IMG/VR virus record: IMGVR_UViG_3300046507_000523
Location: 1 to 57,919 of that record
Length of the DNA stretch: 57,919 nucleotides
Reading direction: 5' to 3' (one strand)
DNA from: a virus
Part shown: positions 50,539 to 57,919 of the stretch, in pieces
Numbering within the stretch: position 1 is the stretch's first letter
Layout: the number at the start of each line of letters is the position of its first letter
Made by a program: the position numbers and the translations under genes
The notes under the pieces: generated by a model
The model's database searches: none
Told to the model about the DNA's origin: nothing
What the model saw: the letters and a program-made list of their open reading frames with translations, nothing else

Positions 50539-51825
50539 ATGCCTCGTAGGGCACAGAACAACCCGAGGCAGGTCCGCAGCAAGGCATGCGGCTGCCCCCT
50601 CTGCTTGACCGAATTCCCCCCGGCCGAGTACGGCGACCGCCGGCCCCGCAGGGACTGTGTCGGGTCCTGGCAGGCCCGGTACCGGGACCCGGCCGGGAAG
50701 CAGAAGGCGAAGAACTACCCGATCGACAAGGGCGGGAAGAAGGCCGCGGAAGCGTTCCTCGACAAGGCCCGCACCGAGGTCCGTGAGCGGACATACCGCG
50801 ACCCTGAGCGCGGCAAGGTCAAGCTCGCCAAGTGGTGGGCTGATTTCTGGGAGGTCGAGCAGGCGAAGGTCACCACCACCACCAGGAACCGCAAGCTCGG
50901 TCTGTGGCGTACACATATCGAACCCACGTGGGGCGAGTGGCGGCTGATCGACCTGGAGTACATGGCTCTCCAGAAGTGGCTCACCCACGAGGTGAAGGGC
51001 TGGGAGACACAGAAGAAGGTCAAGGAGCTGCTCGTTGCGCTCCTCAACGCGGCCATCAAGGACGGGGAACGCATCACCACCAACCCGGCCACGCACCTGT
51101 CGATGACGGCGACGAAGCCGGTGAAGCACCCGGACGATCTGAAGCCTCCGACGGCCGCGCAGTACGACCTCATCCATGCCGCGCTGCCCGAGTACTACCA
51201 GCGGATCTTCCGCGATTTTGCCTATGAGACAGCAATGCGCCCGGGCGAGGTCGCGGGAGCGCGCCTCAACTGCCTCAACGAGGAAGAGCGTCTGCTGTAC
51301 GTCAAGGAGATCCTCGTCAGCGACAACGGGCGCTTGCGCCGGCAGGCGACGCCCAAAACGGAGGCGGGGTTCCGCGCGGTGCCACTCACGCCCACGGCGT
51401 GGGAGGCGGTGCAGTGGATGCTCGCGAAGTGGCAGCCGAAGGCGACCCGTTCGAAGGTCGGGGACGGCTTCGATCTGCATACGGAGGAACTGATCTTCCG
51501 GGGGCCGCGGGGCGCCGCGCTGAACGTCAACAACATTCGCAGGCCGTGGCGTCGAGCCTGCATCCAGGCCGGTGTGGCGCGGATGGTGGAGAACCCGGAG
51601 ACGGGGCGGCCGGAGTGGTGGCCGCGTCCGTACGAGTACCGGCATGACGTGACGAGCCGTCTGCACTTGAAGGGTGTGTCGGAGCGGGACACGCAGGCGT
51701 TCCTCGGGCAGAAGCGGGGCGGGAAGGTCACGTGGATTTACACGCATGAGAGCGAGGGTGCGCGGGAGAACGTGCGGGCTGCGCTGTCGGGGGAGGCGGG
51801 TAGTGGACTCCGGGCGGTTGAGTGA
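50539..51825 (+). CDS. int: Tyrosine integrase
   Basis: 428 aa from an internal ATG (MPRRAQNNPRQV...). N-terminal CGCPLC...SWQARYRDPAGKQK. Catalytic region AMRPGEV...YRHDVTSRL...WIYTH. Confidence 0.92.
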   Translation: MPRRAQNNPRQVRSKACGCPLCLTEFPPAEYGDRRPRRDCVGSWQARYRDPAGKQKAKNYPIDKGGKKAAEAFLDKARTEVRERTYRDPERGKVKLAKWWADFWEVEQAKVTTTTRNRKLGLWRTHIEPTWGEWRLIDLEYMALQKWLTHEVKGWETQKKVKELLVALLNAAIKDGERITTNPATHLSMTATKPVKHPDDLKPPTAAQYDLIHAALPEYYQRIFRDFAYETAMRPGEVAGARLNCLNEEERLLYVKEILVSDNGRLRRQATPKTEAGFRAVPLTPTAWEAVQWMLAKWQPKATRSKVGDGFDLHTEELIFRGPRGAALNVNNIRRPWRRACIQAGVARMVENPETGRPEWWPRPYEYRHDVTSRLHLKGVSERDTQAFLGQKRGGKVTWIYTHESEGARENVRAALSGEAGSGLRAVE

Positions 51826-52117
51826 GGTTTCCGGGCTGGAGTCCACAAGGAGTCCACAACGCCCCCTCGGAGCCGCTCGGCGAGACTCGGTGAATCCGTG
51901 ATTAGGGGGCCCGAGTTAGAGAGAATGGGACTCGGCGAGTCTCGGCGAGTCTCGGCGGGTCTGACCTGCGGGAACGAAGCCCTTACAAGGCGGATGTCGG
52001 CGGTTCGAAACCGTCCGCGCCCACCAGGATAAGTAGCAGGTCAGCGACCTGAACCGGCCCTCCGGAGTGATCTTCGGGGGGCTGGTTGCGTGATGAGAAT
52101 CCACATCGAGTCCACAA
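51803..52117 (+). other. attP region: tRNA-derived core flanked by two families of arm-type repeats
   Basis: GAGTCCACAA at 51839, 51850 and 52108, with an inverted copy at 51803..51810. CTCGGCGAG at 51876, and 10-bp tandems at 51931, 51941 and 51951. Confidence 0.7.
51979..52026 (+). other. 3' fragment of a tRNA (anticodon loop to CCA), not a complete gene; probable attP core
   Basis: gccCTTACAAggcgg-atgtc-GGCGG-TTCGAAA-CCGTC-CGCGCCC-A-CCA. The loop gives anticodon UAC (Val). No matching 5' acceptor or D-arm lies upstream. Confidence 0.75.
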
Positions 52118-52283
52118 CCCCACAGATCTATTGCGGTCGGATCACCCATATGGGGGTCTCTCAAACGTTCAACTAGCACGTAGAGTGGGGCGCACGAGAG
52201 GGGCAGGCCGTCTCCCCCACGCGCGCCTGAGACGCGCCTCTCGTGATCCTGTGGTTGCCCGGCGGGGAGGCCAGCACCACGGG

Positions 52284-52322
52284 CAGAAGGCCCCCACCGG
52301 GATTGTCGGTGGGGGCCTTCTG
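52284..52322. terminator. Strong terminator hairpin
   Basis: CAGAAGGCCCCCACCG - 7 nt - CGGTGGGGGCCTTCTG: a perfect 16-bp stem. Confidence 0.75.
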
Positions 52323-52336
52323 GCGTACAACGTAAA

Positions 52337-52366
52337 CCGCCCCGCGGGCAGATGCCTGCGGGGCGG
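52337..52366. terminator. Second terminator hairpin
   Basis: CCGCCCCGC...GCGGGGCGG with inner GGCA/TGCC pairing, followed by GCTTT. Confidence 0.65.
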
Positions 52367-52574
52367 GACGCTTTGACTGAGTCTTAGCGTCTAACGGCCG
52401 GATGGAGCGGAGACGCGTACGCCTATCCGACCGCTCTGTTGCCACGTTCGTGCGCTGTGCACGGGATCGTGGCTGTTTACGGGTTCCCCCACGGCAAGAT
52501 CATTAAATTTGCCTGGCTGGGCAAAGACAAGAGGCCATGATCGTTACAGCGTGGGGCGGGTGCCACTTGACCCC

Positions 52575-52793
52575 ATGCCCGACTGGGTACACGCCCGCCG
52601 CCGGGAGATCGGGGCACGCATCCGGGACGCCCGCTTGAACGCGAACCTCACCCAGGTTCAGCTCGGCGAACTCATCGGACGGGACCATCGGACGATCCAC
52701 CGGTGGGAGTACGCGTTCCGCATCCCCGACCTGGAAGACCTGCTTCTCATCGCCGACGCCTTAGACGTCCCGCTCGCTGAACTCGTGAGGTGA
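52575..52793 (+). CDS. XRE-family HTH protein (start uncertain)
   Basis: ARIRDARLNANLTQVQLGELIGRDHRTIHRWE. A TTTGCC-6 nt-GGCAAA inverted repeat lies upstream at 52508..52525. Confidence 0.75.
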   Translation: MPDWVHARRREIGARIRDARLNANLTQVQLGELIGRDHRTIHRWEYAFRIPDLEDLLLIADALDVPLAELVR

Positions 52794-52934
52794 CCCGCCG
52801 CAGCCCCAGAAGAACAACTGCGACGGGTCACGATGGCCACCCCGCCAGGCGGCCGCCCTCATCCCACGACCGGGTCTGCGACGGTCCCGGCCGGGCTTGC
52901 CCCCTCCGATGGGAACAAGGGGTGCTTCTGTACG

Positions 52935-53156
52935 TCAGCGACTCGGATAGTCCGGATCGTCTTCGGCCCGCGGAAGAACGGTGTCCCCCTGCGACCAGTG
53001 GTTGACCCAGCCGCAGAGCCCGCAGGCGTAGCGCCCGTTCAGGCCGTGCACCTGCGCACCGCACTCACGGCATTCCGTCGCCGTGATCTCGGAGCCGCCC
53101 TGCGCTGCGGCCGTGTCAGTGCGCGGCACGGCTTCCGGTGGCCATTCCTGCTTCAT
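52935..53156 (-). CDS. Zinc-ribbon protein, 73 aa
   Basis: CRECGAQVHGLNGRYACGLCGW. Paralogous to the upstream gene. Confidence 0.6.
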   Translation of the reverse strand: MKQEWPPEAVPRTDTAAAQGGSEITATECRECGAQVHGLNGRYACGLCGWVNHWSQGDTVLPRAEDDPDYPSR

Positions 53157-53383
53157 GCGGCGAGACTACCCGCGGGGCGGGCGCGCACCCGCTTTGCCAT
53201 CCGCAGTTGCCGCACGACCAGCCTCCGCCCGGCCCCTGCGAGGTTGCCGCGCCACAGTTCGGACAGTTCATATCTGCCTCCTAACCCCGGGGCGATCCCG
53301 GTTTCCCAACCGCAATGGTTGGAGCAGATCCACCGGCCACGGTTGTCCTGGTAGGCCCAAGCCCCACAGTTCGGACAGTTCAT
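53153..53383 (-). CDS. Zinc-ribbon protein, 76 aa
   Basis: MNCPNCGAWAYQDNRGRWICSNHCGW. ATGA overlap downstream. Confidence 0.6.
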   Translation of the reverse strand: MNCPNCGAWAYQDNRGRWICSNHCGWETGIAPGLGGRYELSELWRGNLAGAGRRLVVRQLRMAKRVRARPAGSLAA

Positions 53384-53397
53384 TGGTCAGTCCTCCG

Positions 53398-53595
53398 TCA
53401 TCGCTTTCGTGGACAGTGGGGAGCGCAGGCGAACACCTCGACATCAAGGACGTGGACGCCCAACGACCCGCGGGCTATGCCCGCACTCTTCGCGCCTTTC
53501 CACAGCGGGATGCCGCACCAGACGCAGGCGCGGCCGTCGTACACCGCGCGTGTGAGGGACCGCGCGGACGGCAGGGTGCGGCGGGTCACGGGCAT
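53398..53595 (-). CDS. Small Cys-containing protein, 65 aa
   Basis: Internal ATG. ACVWCGIPL...FACAPHC. Confidence 0.55.
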   Translation of the reverse strand: MPVTRRTLPSARSLTRAVYDGRACVWCGIPLWKGAKSAGIARGSLGVHVLDVEVFACAPHCPRKR

Positions 53596-53777
53596 TCGGC
53601 TGTCGTGTGTGGGTGGCTGCGGATCTCGACGTTGCAGTCCGTCAGCCGCGAGTAGTCGCCGAGTGCCTGTGCCTCGATGCGCTGCCGGGCGAGGGCCTCG
53701 CACACGTCGCAGTCCGGCTCCGGTTCCGGCGCTTCCAGCGGCAGCGGGAGGTCGATCGGGGGTTCCAGAGCGGTCAT
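53586..53777 (-). CDS. Small acidic Cys-containing protein, 63 aa
   Basis: Internal ATG (MTALEPPIDLPLPLEAPEPEPDCDVCEALARQR...). Confidence 0.55.
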   Translation of the reverse strand: MTALEPPIDLPLPLEAPEPEPDCDVCEALARQRIEAQALGDYSRLTDCNVEIRSHPHTTAECP

Positions 53778-53899
53778 GCTCACGCCTCCACAGTCACGGT
53801 GATCTGCCTCACACACGGGACCGTAAGGCGCAGCAAAAGGCCGAGGGGGTACACCTCCTACCACCTCGGCCACGGGTACAGTTCCTACCCCCTACGTGA

Positions 53900-55153
53900 T
53901 CACACGGGCACACCGAGTTCCCGCGCGAGCCCCAAGGCGTCATCCCGGACCATCCGCGGCCCCGACTTCACCAGCTCCGGCAGCACCGACCTGGTGTGCA
54001 GGTTGTACTGGATCGTCTCTGGGGACTCCCGGAACGCCTTCCCCAGCAGCGACACCGCAGCCGTGCCCTCCCCGAGCATCCCGTGCGCCCGGGCCGACTC
54101 GATCAGGTGGTAAGAGCGGCGGGTCGCCGACGGGATCTGCTCCAGACTGAGGGTCTCCGCCACCTCCAGCGCTTTCGCCGGCTGCACCAAGTCGTTGTGC
54201 ATGGTGATCCGGTATCCGTCGACGATGCCCCGCCCGAAGATCAGCCACGGGTGTGCATAGTCGTCCCCCAGCTGCCGTGCGGCGGCATCGGCCTTATCCC
54301 AGTACCGCCACGCATCCCCCTGCTGGCCCGTCTTGGCGTACGACAGGGCCACTGCCAGGTACAGCAGGCCGCGGCGGGCGATGTGCTCCGGATCGGTGCT
54401 GGACGGCAGCAGCGCCGCAGCCTGCTCCGCGAGGTCGACGCGCGCCTCCGCGGCCTCGCCTGCGTCGCGGTGGACGTGGTTCATGTACCAGGCGGCGCCC
54501 GCGATGGCGCGTGGGCTGTCCGCGTCCTGCGCAGCTGTCATGGCGCGGTCCCCGGTGAGGACGACGAGGTCCGGCGCGGGCTGGAACGACAGGAACAGTT
54601 GCGCGAGGTGGTAGGTCTCGGCGAGGGCGACGAGAGCATGCCTACGGTCTGCGCCTTCCAAGACTCTGGCGGAGTGCTGCGCGTCGGCGAGGAGCGGGGG
54701 GAGGAGCCGGACGATGCGGGTGCGGTGCCCGTCGACCGTGCGGCCGTGGCTGGTCTGGGGGTCGCGGTCGTGCCAGAGCTGCCAGGCGCGCCGTACCCGG
54801 GCGGCGAGGACGTCGGCGGGTTCGGGTTCGCGGTCCTCGGGGGCGAGTTGGTAGGTGGTGAGGGCGCGCTTGAGGATGGGGAGGTCGCCGTGCTCGGCCT
54901 TCGTGTAGGTGGCCGTGGCGAGGCGTTCGTCACCGGTGAGTTCGGCGAGGTCTTCGATGCCGAGGACGTGCGCGAGGCGCAGCAGCTTGGGGAGGCGGGG
55001 CATTCCGATGGAGCCTTTTTCGATGGCCTTGACCCACTCGGCGGACTGGTCCATGAGGCCTGCGACGACGGCGCGGGTCTTCCCGGTGCGTTCGCGGGCG
55101 TGTTGGACGCGCTGGCCAAAGGTAGGGGGTGCGGTGTCGGTGTGCTCGGGCAT
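53900..55153 (-). CDS. XRE-type HTH regulator with a long TPR-like helical-repeat domain (RNPP-like architecture)
   Basis: 417 aa. N-terminal TFGQRVQHARERTGKTRAVVAGLMDQSAEWVKAIEKG. About 330 aa of repeated helical hairpins (LLYLAVALSYAKTGQQGDAWRYWDKA...). Confidence 0.8.
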   Translation of the reverse strand: MPEHTDTAPPTFGQRVQHARERTGKTRAVVAGLMDQSAEWVKAIEKGSIGMPRLPKLLRLAHVLGIEDLAELTGDERLATATYTKAEHGDLPILKRALTTYQLAPEDREPEPADVLAARVRRAWQLWHDRDPQTSHGRTVDGHRTRIVRLLPPLLADAQHSARVLEGADRRHALVALAETYHLAQLFLSFQPAPDLVVLTGDRAMTAAQDADSPRAIAGAAWYMNHVHRDAGEAAEARVDLAEQAAALLPSSTDPEHIARRGLLYLAVALSYAKTGQQGDAWRYWDKADAAARQLGDDYAHPWLIFGRGIVDGYRITMHNDLVQPAKALEVAETLSLEQIPSATRRSYHLIESARAHGMLGEGTAAVSLLGKAFRESPETIQYNLHTRSVLPELVKSGPRMVRDDALGLARELGVPV

Positions 55154-55163
55154 ACTGGACTCC

Positions 55164-55186
55164 GTTCTGACCTAGACACTCAGAAC
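55164..55186. promoter_or_regulatory. Inverted repeat overlapping the 5' leader of the HTH-TPR gene
   Basis: GTTCTGA - 9 nt - TCAGAAC, located 11 nt from the ATG at 55153. Confidence 0.45.
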
Positions 55187-55292
55187 GCTACTCCCCCTCC
55201 GCGTGGGGGATATGGCGGTTGCGCCCCCTGTGCGGCCTGCGGGCCTGTTCAGGGGGCGTGCCTGTGTCGGTGGGGGCCCGTAGGCTTGTCGC

Positions 55293-55472
55293 ATGTCCCC
55301 CTCCCCTCTGCCTAGCGGCGCTGTGCGGCCTGCTGCGGTCGTGAATGAGGACATTCGCGCCTTGTGGTCGCGTGCGGGGGCGCAGCTCACGGCGGAGGAA
55401 CGCGAGGCGTACGAGCGGCTGTTGGTGGAGTGGGCGGCCGCGGTCCGGGCCGAGGTTGTTGAAGCGGCGTAG
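55293..55472 (+). CDS. Small helical protein, 59 aa (or 43 aa from GTG 55341)
   Basis: ...VNEDIRALWSRAGAQLTAEEREAYERLLVEWAAAVRAEVVEAA. Divergent from the HTH-TPR gene. Below the ORF-track cutoff. Confidence 0.5.
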   Translation: MSPSPLPSGAVRPAAVVNEDIRALWSRAGAQLTAEEREAYERLLVEWAAAVRAEVVEAA

Positions 55473-55685
55473 CTACTCGGTGTTCTTCGCCGGGTCGATC
55501 AGGTCGGCAGAAGCGTCGGCCGCCGCATGGCACTCCGAGCAGCAGCCGTGAATGTACTGCTCACGCCGGATCTTCTCCGCCAGCTCGTGGGCGAAAGCGT
55601 CGACCAACTGCCTGGCTTCGCTTGACGAGTGGCCGTACATGGCCGCTGTGAGCAAATCTTCGTACGCATCGCCGCCCTCGATCAC
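55473..55685 (-). CDS. Hypothetical protein, AFAHELAE/DLIDP family (paralog of 23543..23830)
   Basis: 70 aa. LVDAFAHELAEKIRREQYIHGCCSECH...ADLIDPAKN. Confidence 0.6.
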   Translation of the reverse strand: MIEGGDAYEDLLTAAMYGHSSSEARQLVDAFAHELAEKIRREQYIHGCCSECHAAADASADLIDPAKNTE

Positions 55686-55870
55686 GGCTCCTCCGTGCTA
55701 CCAGTCGGGTGTGCCGGGTCCAGGCTCGGCAACAGACCTGGGAAGGGGCGGCCGACGGGCCGGACGTGCTCCCTCGGTTCCAACGGAGGCTGAGCCTCGG
55801 TCGTGAGAATGAAGTGCTCCATGTCGAGGTACAGCATCTCGACCGTGGTGGGTGCAGCGTCTTCGTTCAT
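55682..55870 (-). CDS. Hypothetical protein, 62 aa
   Basis: Full track ORF. ATGA overlap downstream. Confidence 0.5.
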   Translation of the reverse strand: MNEDAAPTTVEMLYLDMEHFILTTEAQPPLEPREHVRPVGRPFPGLLPSLDPAHPTGSTEEP

Positions 55871-55891
55871 GCTTTCAGGATGGCAGACGCC

Positions 55892-56572
55892 TCACACGTA
55901 CTTGCGGCGCGGATCCAACCCCAACGACAACAGCCCCGACGACGGCGACGGGCTCGGCTGCGGCGCCCCATCCCGACGGCACACCAGCGCATCCGGGTCA
56001 TACGACGGGGCCTGCAACGAATACCCGTCCGGGCAGGTCTGCCCATCCCGCCCATCCTGCCCGTCCGCCCCGTCCCGCCCCGCAGGACCGGCCGGACCCT
56101 GCGCGCCCTGAGCCCCCGTAGGACCGACAGGACCAGCCGGACCGCTCGGACCGACCACTCCAGGACTGCCAGCGGAACCCGGTACACCTGCCGCCCCCGT
56201 CGCACCAGGGGAACCCGGAGAACCAGACGGGCCGGGACTTCCCGCCGGACCCGTCGGGCCTGGTATCGGCACCGGGACCGTCGTACGGGCAGGCAGATCC
56301 GCCACGGCCTTGCTCGGGTCCGGGGCCACCGGCGTCTTCCCCAGACCCCTCACCTGCGCCCTCAGAGCACGGACGTCCCCGGCGACCGTCGATAGCGCAT
56401 CACCGCGCTTGTTGGCCTCCGCCGCAGCCGCCGTGTACCGCCGGTCCGAGGCCGCGCGGTCGGCGTCTACGCGGTGCCATGTCGCCCACGCAATACCGAA
56501 CAGAGCGACGATCGCGCACACCACCGCGATGCCGCGCCAATGGTGGACGATCGTGCGCTCGGTCCGGGTCAT
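55892..56572 (-). CDS. Membrane-anchored collagen-like repeat protein
   Basis: 226 aa. N-terminal [21 protein letters not shown]. 25 uninterrupted G-X-Y triplets (56036..56260). Cys-containing C-terminal knob. Confidence 0.8.
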   Translation of the reverse strand: MTRTERTIVHHWRGIAVVCAIVALFGIAWATWHRVDADRAASDRRYTAAAAEANKRGDALSTVAGDVRALRAQVRGLGKTPVAPDPSKAVADLPARTTVPVPIPGPTGPAGSPGPSGSPGSPGATGAAGVPGSAGSPGVVGPSGPAGPVGPTGAQGAQGPAGPAGRDGADGQDGRDGQTCPDGYSLQAPSYDPDALVCRRDGAPQPSPSPSSGLLSLGLDPRRKYV

Positions 56573-56829
56573 GGGGTCGGGTTTCCTCCGAGTCGGATGT
56601 TCTCTATCTCAAGCTGGGTGATCCTGACGAGGTAGTCGTGGCGCTGTTGCTCCAGCGCAGCGATCTGCACGTCCTTCTCAGCGAGGCGCCGCGCCAGGCC
56701 GTCGCGTTCCTCTTGGACTTGGTCCGTGAGCGAGTTGCGGGTCTCGCCCCGCTTCCCGATGTACGCCACCACCGAGCCGGACACGACGCCAGCGAACGCC
56801 AGGACCGCGCCGAGGGTGGTGGCGTCCAA
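56569..56829 (-). CDS. N-terminal-TM coiled-coil protein (lysis-cassette accessory)
   Basis: 86 aa. [21 protein letters not shown] followed by heptad-like sequence. ATGA overlap with the collagen-like gene. Confidence 0.65.
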   Translation of the reverse strand: MDATTLGAVLAFAGVVSGSVVAYIGKRGETRNSLTDQVQEERDGLARRLAEKDVQIAALEQQRHDYLVRITQLEIENIRLGGNPTP

Positions 56830-56852
56830 CAGGGCCTCCTATACGGACGCGG

Positions 56853-57161
56853 TCAGGCCGCCTTGACGAACGAGTCCTGTGCCCGGCCAGAGACTCCGAC
56901 CGGCTTCCAGAACCCGAAGTGGGAGAGGACACCGGTGCCGAAGGAGACGAGGGCGAGGACGGCCGCGGTGCCCACGCTGTACCCGGCGTCGTGCGGGCCC
57001 GCGTACTCCGTGACGAGCCCGGTCGCCGTGCTGAGCGCGAGGAGGAGCACCGCCTTTATGCCCGCGTTGGTGACTCTCGTCGTGACCAGGCCGACGAGGA
57101 CCGGGAGGACGACGGAGACGAGCAGGCCGAGCCAGTACGCCTTGTCGAGGTTGACGGTCAT
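56853..57161 (-). CDS. Putative holin (multi-TM)
   Basis: 102 aa with 3-4 hydrophobic segments. Immediately downstream of the endolysin. Confidence 0.65.
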   Translation of the reverse strand: MTVNLDKAYWLGLLVSVVLPVLVGLVTTRVTNAGIKAVLLLALSTATGLVTEYAGPHDAGYSVGTAAVLALVSFGTGVLSHFGFWKPVGVSGRAQDSFVKAA

Positions 57162-57188
57162 GATGAGACTCCAGTTCGGTGAAGGGGA

Positions 57189-57919
57189 TCAGACGTTGGG
57201 GACGTGGAGCTTGGACCAGCTCGACGGGCCGGGGACGCCGTCGGCGGCCGAGCCGGTGTAGTTGAGCTTCCGCTGCCAGGCCGCGTAGGAGCGCTCGTCA
57301 CCAGGGCCCCAGGTATCGGCGTTCGCGGACGACGCGTAGTGGTTGCAGCCGACCGCGACGAGCCTCCGGTGCATCGCCGCAACGATCGGGGACCGGTGGC
57401 CGGCCTTGAAGAACGACGTCCCGGGGAACGGCTCGTCCGTCGGCTTCTTTACGGGCTTCGACGGGGCGATGAACGCGGGCCAGGAGCCCGGGTCGACGTG
57501 TGTGTTCTCGGGGACCTGGCTGTGGCCGTACCAGCCGCCTTCGGTCTCCCACACGTGTTCGTTGCGGTGCGGGGAGAAGTCCGTCGGGTGCCCCATGGGC
57601 CACGTCTGGGGGACGCCCCACGAGGTCACCCAGTCCTGGAGCTGTTGCCACCCCTTGCACGGGGTGTCGGCCAGCGTCGCGTAGACCTTGGCGTCGACCC
57701 GGCAGTACGGGAAGAACAGCGCTTCGACCTGGATCACGACCTTCCCCGCGCGGTTCGTTCGCGTCCCGCCGGCCAAGTCGACCACGCTCTTCGACCGGGA
57801 GTTGGCCGGGTAGAACTGTGCGAACCCGCCCGAGAACGGGTTCCACAGGATGTGCGGGGCCATCCCGACGCCGCCACCGGTGAAGTAGGACTGGAGGTTG
57901 GCGAACGGAACGAGATCCT
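57189..57919 (-). CDS. Endolysin: N-acetylmuramoyl-L-alanine amidase plus C-terminal peptidoglycan-binding domain (3' part; the 5' end is at 257..1)
   Basis: GHSQVPENTHVDPGSWP is the amidase_2/PGRP hallmark. C-terminal GHRSPIVAAMHRRLVAVGC...DTWGPGDERSYAAWQRKLNYTGSAADGVPGPSSWSKL is PG_binding_1-like. Confidence 0.9.
   Translation of the reverse strand, partial: DLVPFANLQSYFTGGGVGMAPHILWNPFSGGFAQFYPANSRSKSVVDLAGGTRTNRAGKVVIQVEALFFPYCRVDAKVYATLADTPCKGWQQLQDWVTSWGVPQTWPMGHPTDFSPHRNEHVWETEGGWYGHSQVPENTHVDPGSWPAFIAPSKPVKKPTDEPFPGTSFFKAGHRSPIVAAMHRRLVAVGCNHYASSANADTWGPGDERSYAAWQRKLNYTGSAADGVPGPSSWSKLHVPNV
57793..57919. repeat. Terminal direct repeat copy 2, identical to 1..127
   Basis: Read directly from the sequence. 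Confidence 0.95.

Noticed and set aside
49972-51846. 624-aa minus-strand ORF covering the repressor-integrase region.
   Set aside because: It is antisense to a well-supported tyrosine integrase and CI-like gene. Its sequence is Arg/Pro/Leu-rich with no recognisable motifs.
51931-51960. Possible CRISPR or VNTR array (CTCGGCGAGT x3).
   Set aside because: The units are only 10 bp with no spacers. Context next to int and the tRNA core fits recombinase or accessory-factor binding sites. No CRISPR-like repeat-spacer structure exists anywhere in the window.
51916-52179. 87-aa minus-strand ORF, and the idea of a complete phage-encoded tRNA gene here.
   Set aside because: The ORF is antisense to the tRNA-like attP core and the arm repeats. 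The tRNA-like sequence lacks a 5' acceptor strand and D-arm, so it is a fragment.
53586-55153. Calling the HTH-TPR locus an arbitrium (AimR-AimP) communication system.
   Set aside because: The adjacent small ORFs lack N-terminal signal peptides and do not resemble secreted propeptides. Only the receptor-like architecture is supported.

Overview
The window is one complete circular replicon. The last 127 nt (57793..57919) repeat the first 127 nt, so the unique length is 57,792 bp. By gene content it is a temperate, siphovirus-type phage or prophage of a high-GC actinobacterium (Streptomyces-like). Codon third positions are almost all G/C, it carries WhiB, and many genes start at GTG with ATGA/GTGA stop-start overlaps. 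The high GC also produces many long shadow ORFs in the track, which I reject. Layout on the circle: (1) One minus-strand late operon runs 23242 down to 260, continues across the junction, and ends at 55473. Its order is endonuclease VII, WYL protein, TerS, TerL, portal-MuF fusion, ClpP-type protease, HK97-type capsid, connector proteins, major tail protein, two unknown genes, a second tail-tube paralog, chaperones with a -1 frameshift, tape measure, tail-tip and receptor-binding proteins. The operon then continues with a papain-like peptidase, an amidase endolysin (split by the linearisation point), a holin, and TM coiled-coil and TM collagen-like proteins. (2) An accessory island at 23301..29964 holds a Phd-like module, an insulated 10-gene lipoprotein and membrane-protein module, tandem palindromic operators, and HTH plus GIY-YIG genes. 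(3) A roughly 19-kb minus-strand early operon (49412 down to 30125) has about 40 tightly coupled genes. They include Cro-like and Xis-like HTH proteins, YqaJ exonuclease, ERF annealase, DnaQ-like exonuclease, RuvC-like resolvase, C5 methyltransferase, WhiB, a DnaB-N/AAA ATPase with an internal iteron cluster, DUF4326 and PAPS reductase. (4) The lysogeny module is a CI-like repressor, a tyrosine integrase, and an attP whose core is the 3' part of a tRNA. (5) A prophage-end operon is headed by an HTH-TPR regulator. There are no rRNA genes, no complete tRNA genes and no CRISPR arrays. All functional calls rest on motifs read from the translations and on synteny; no database search was run.
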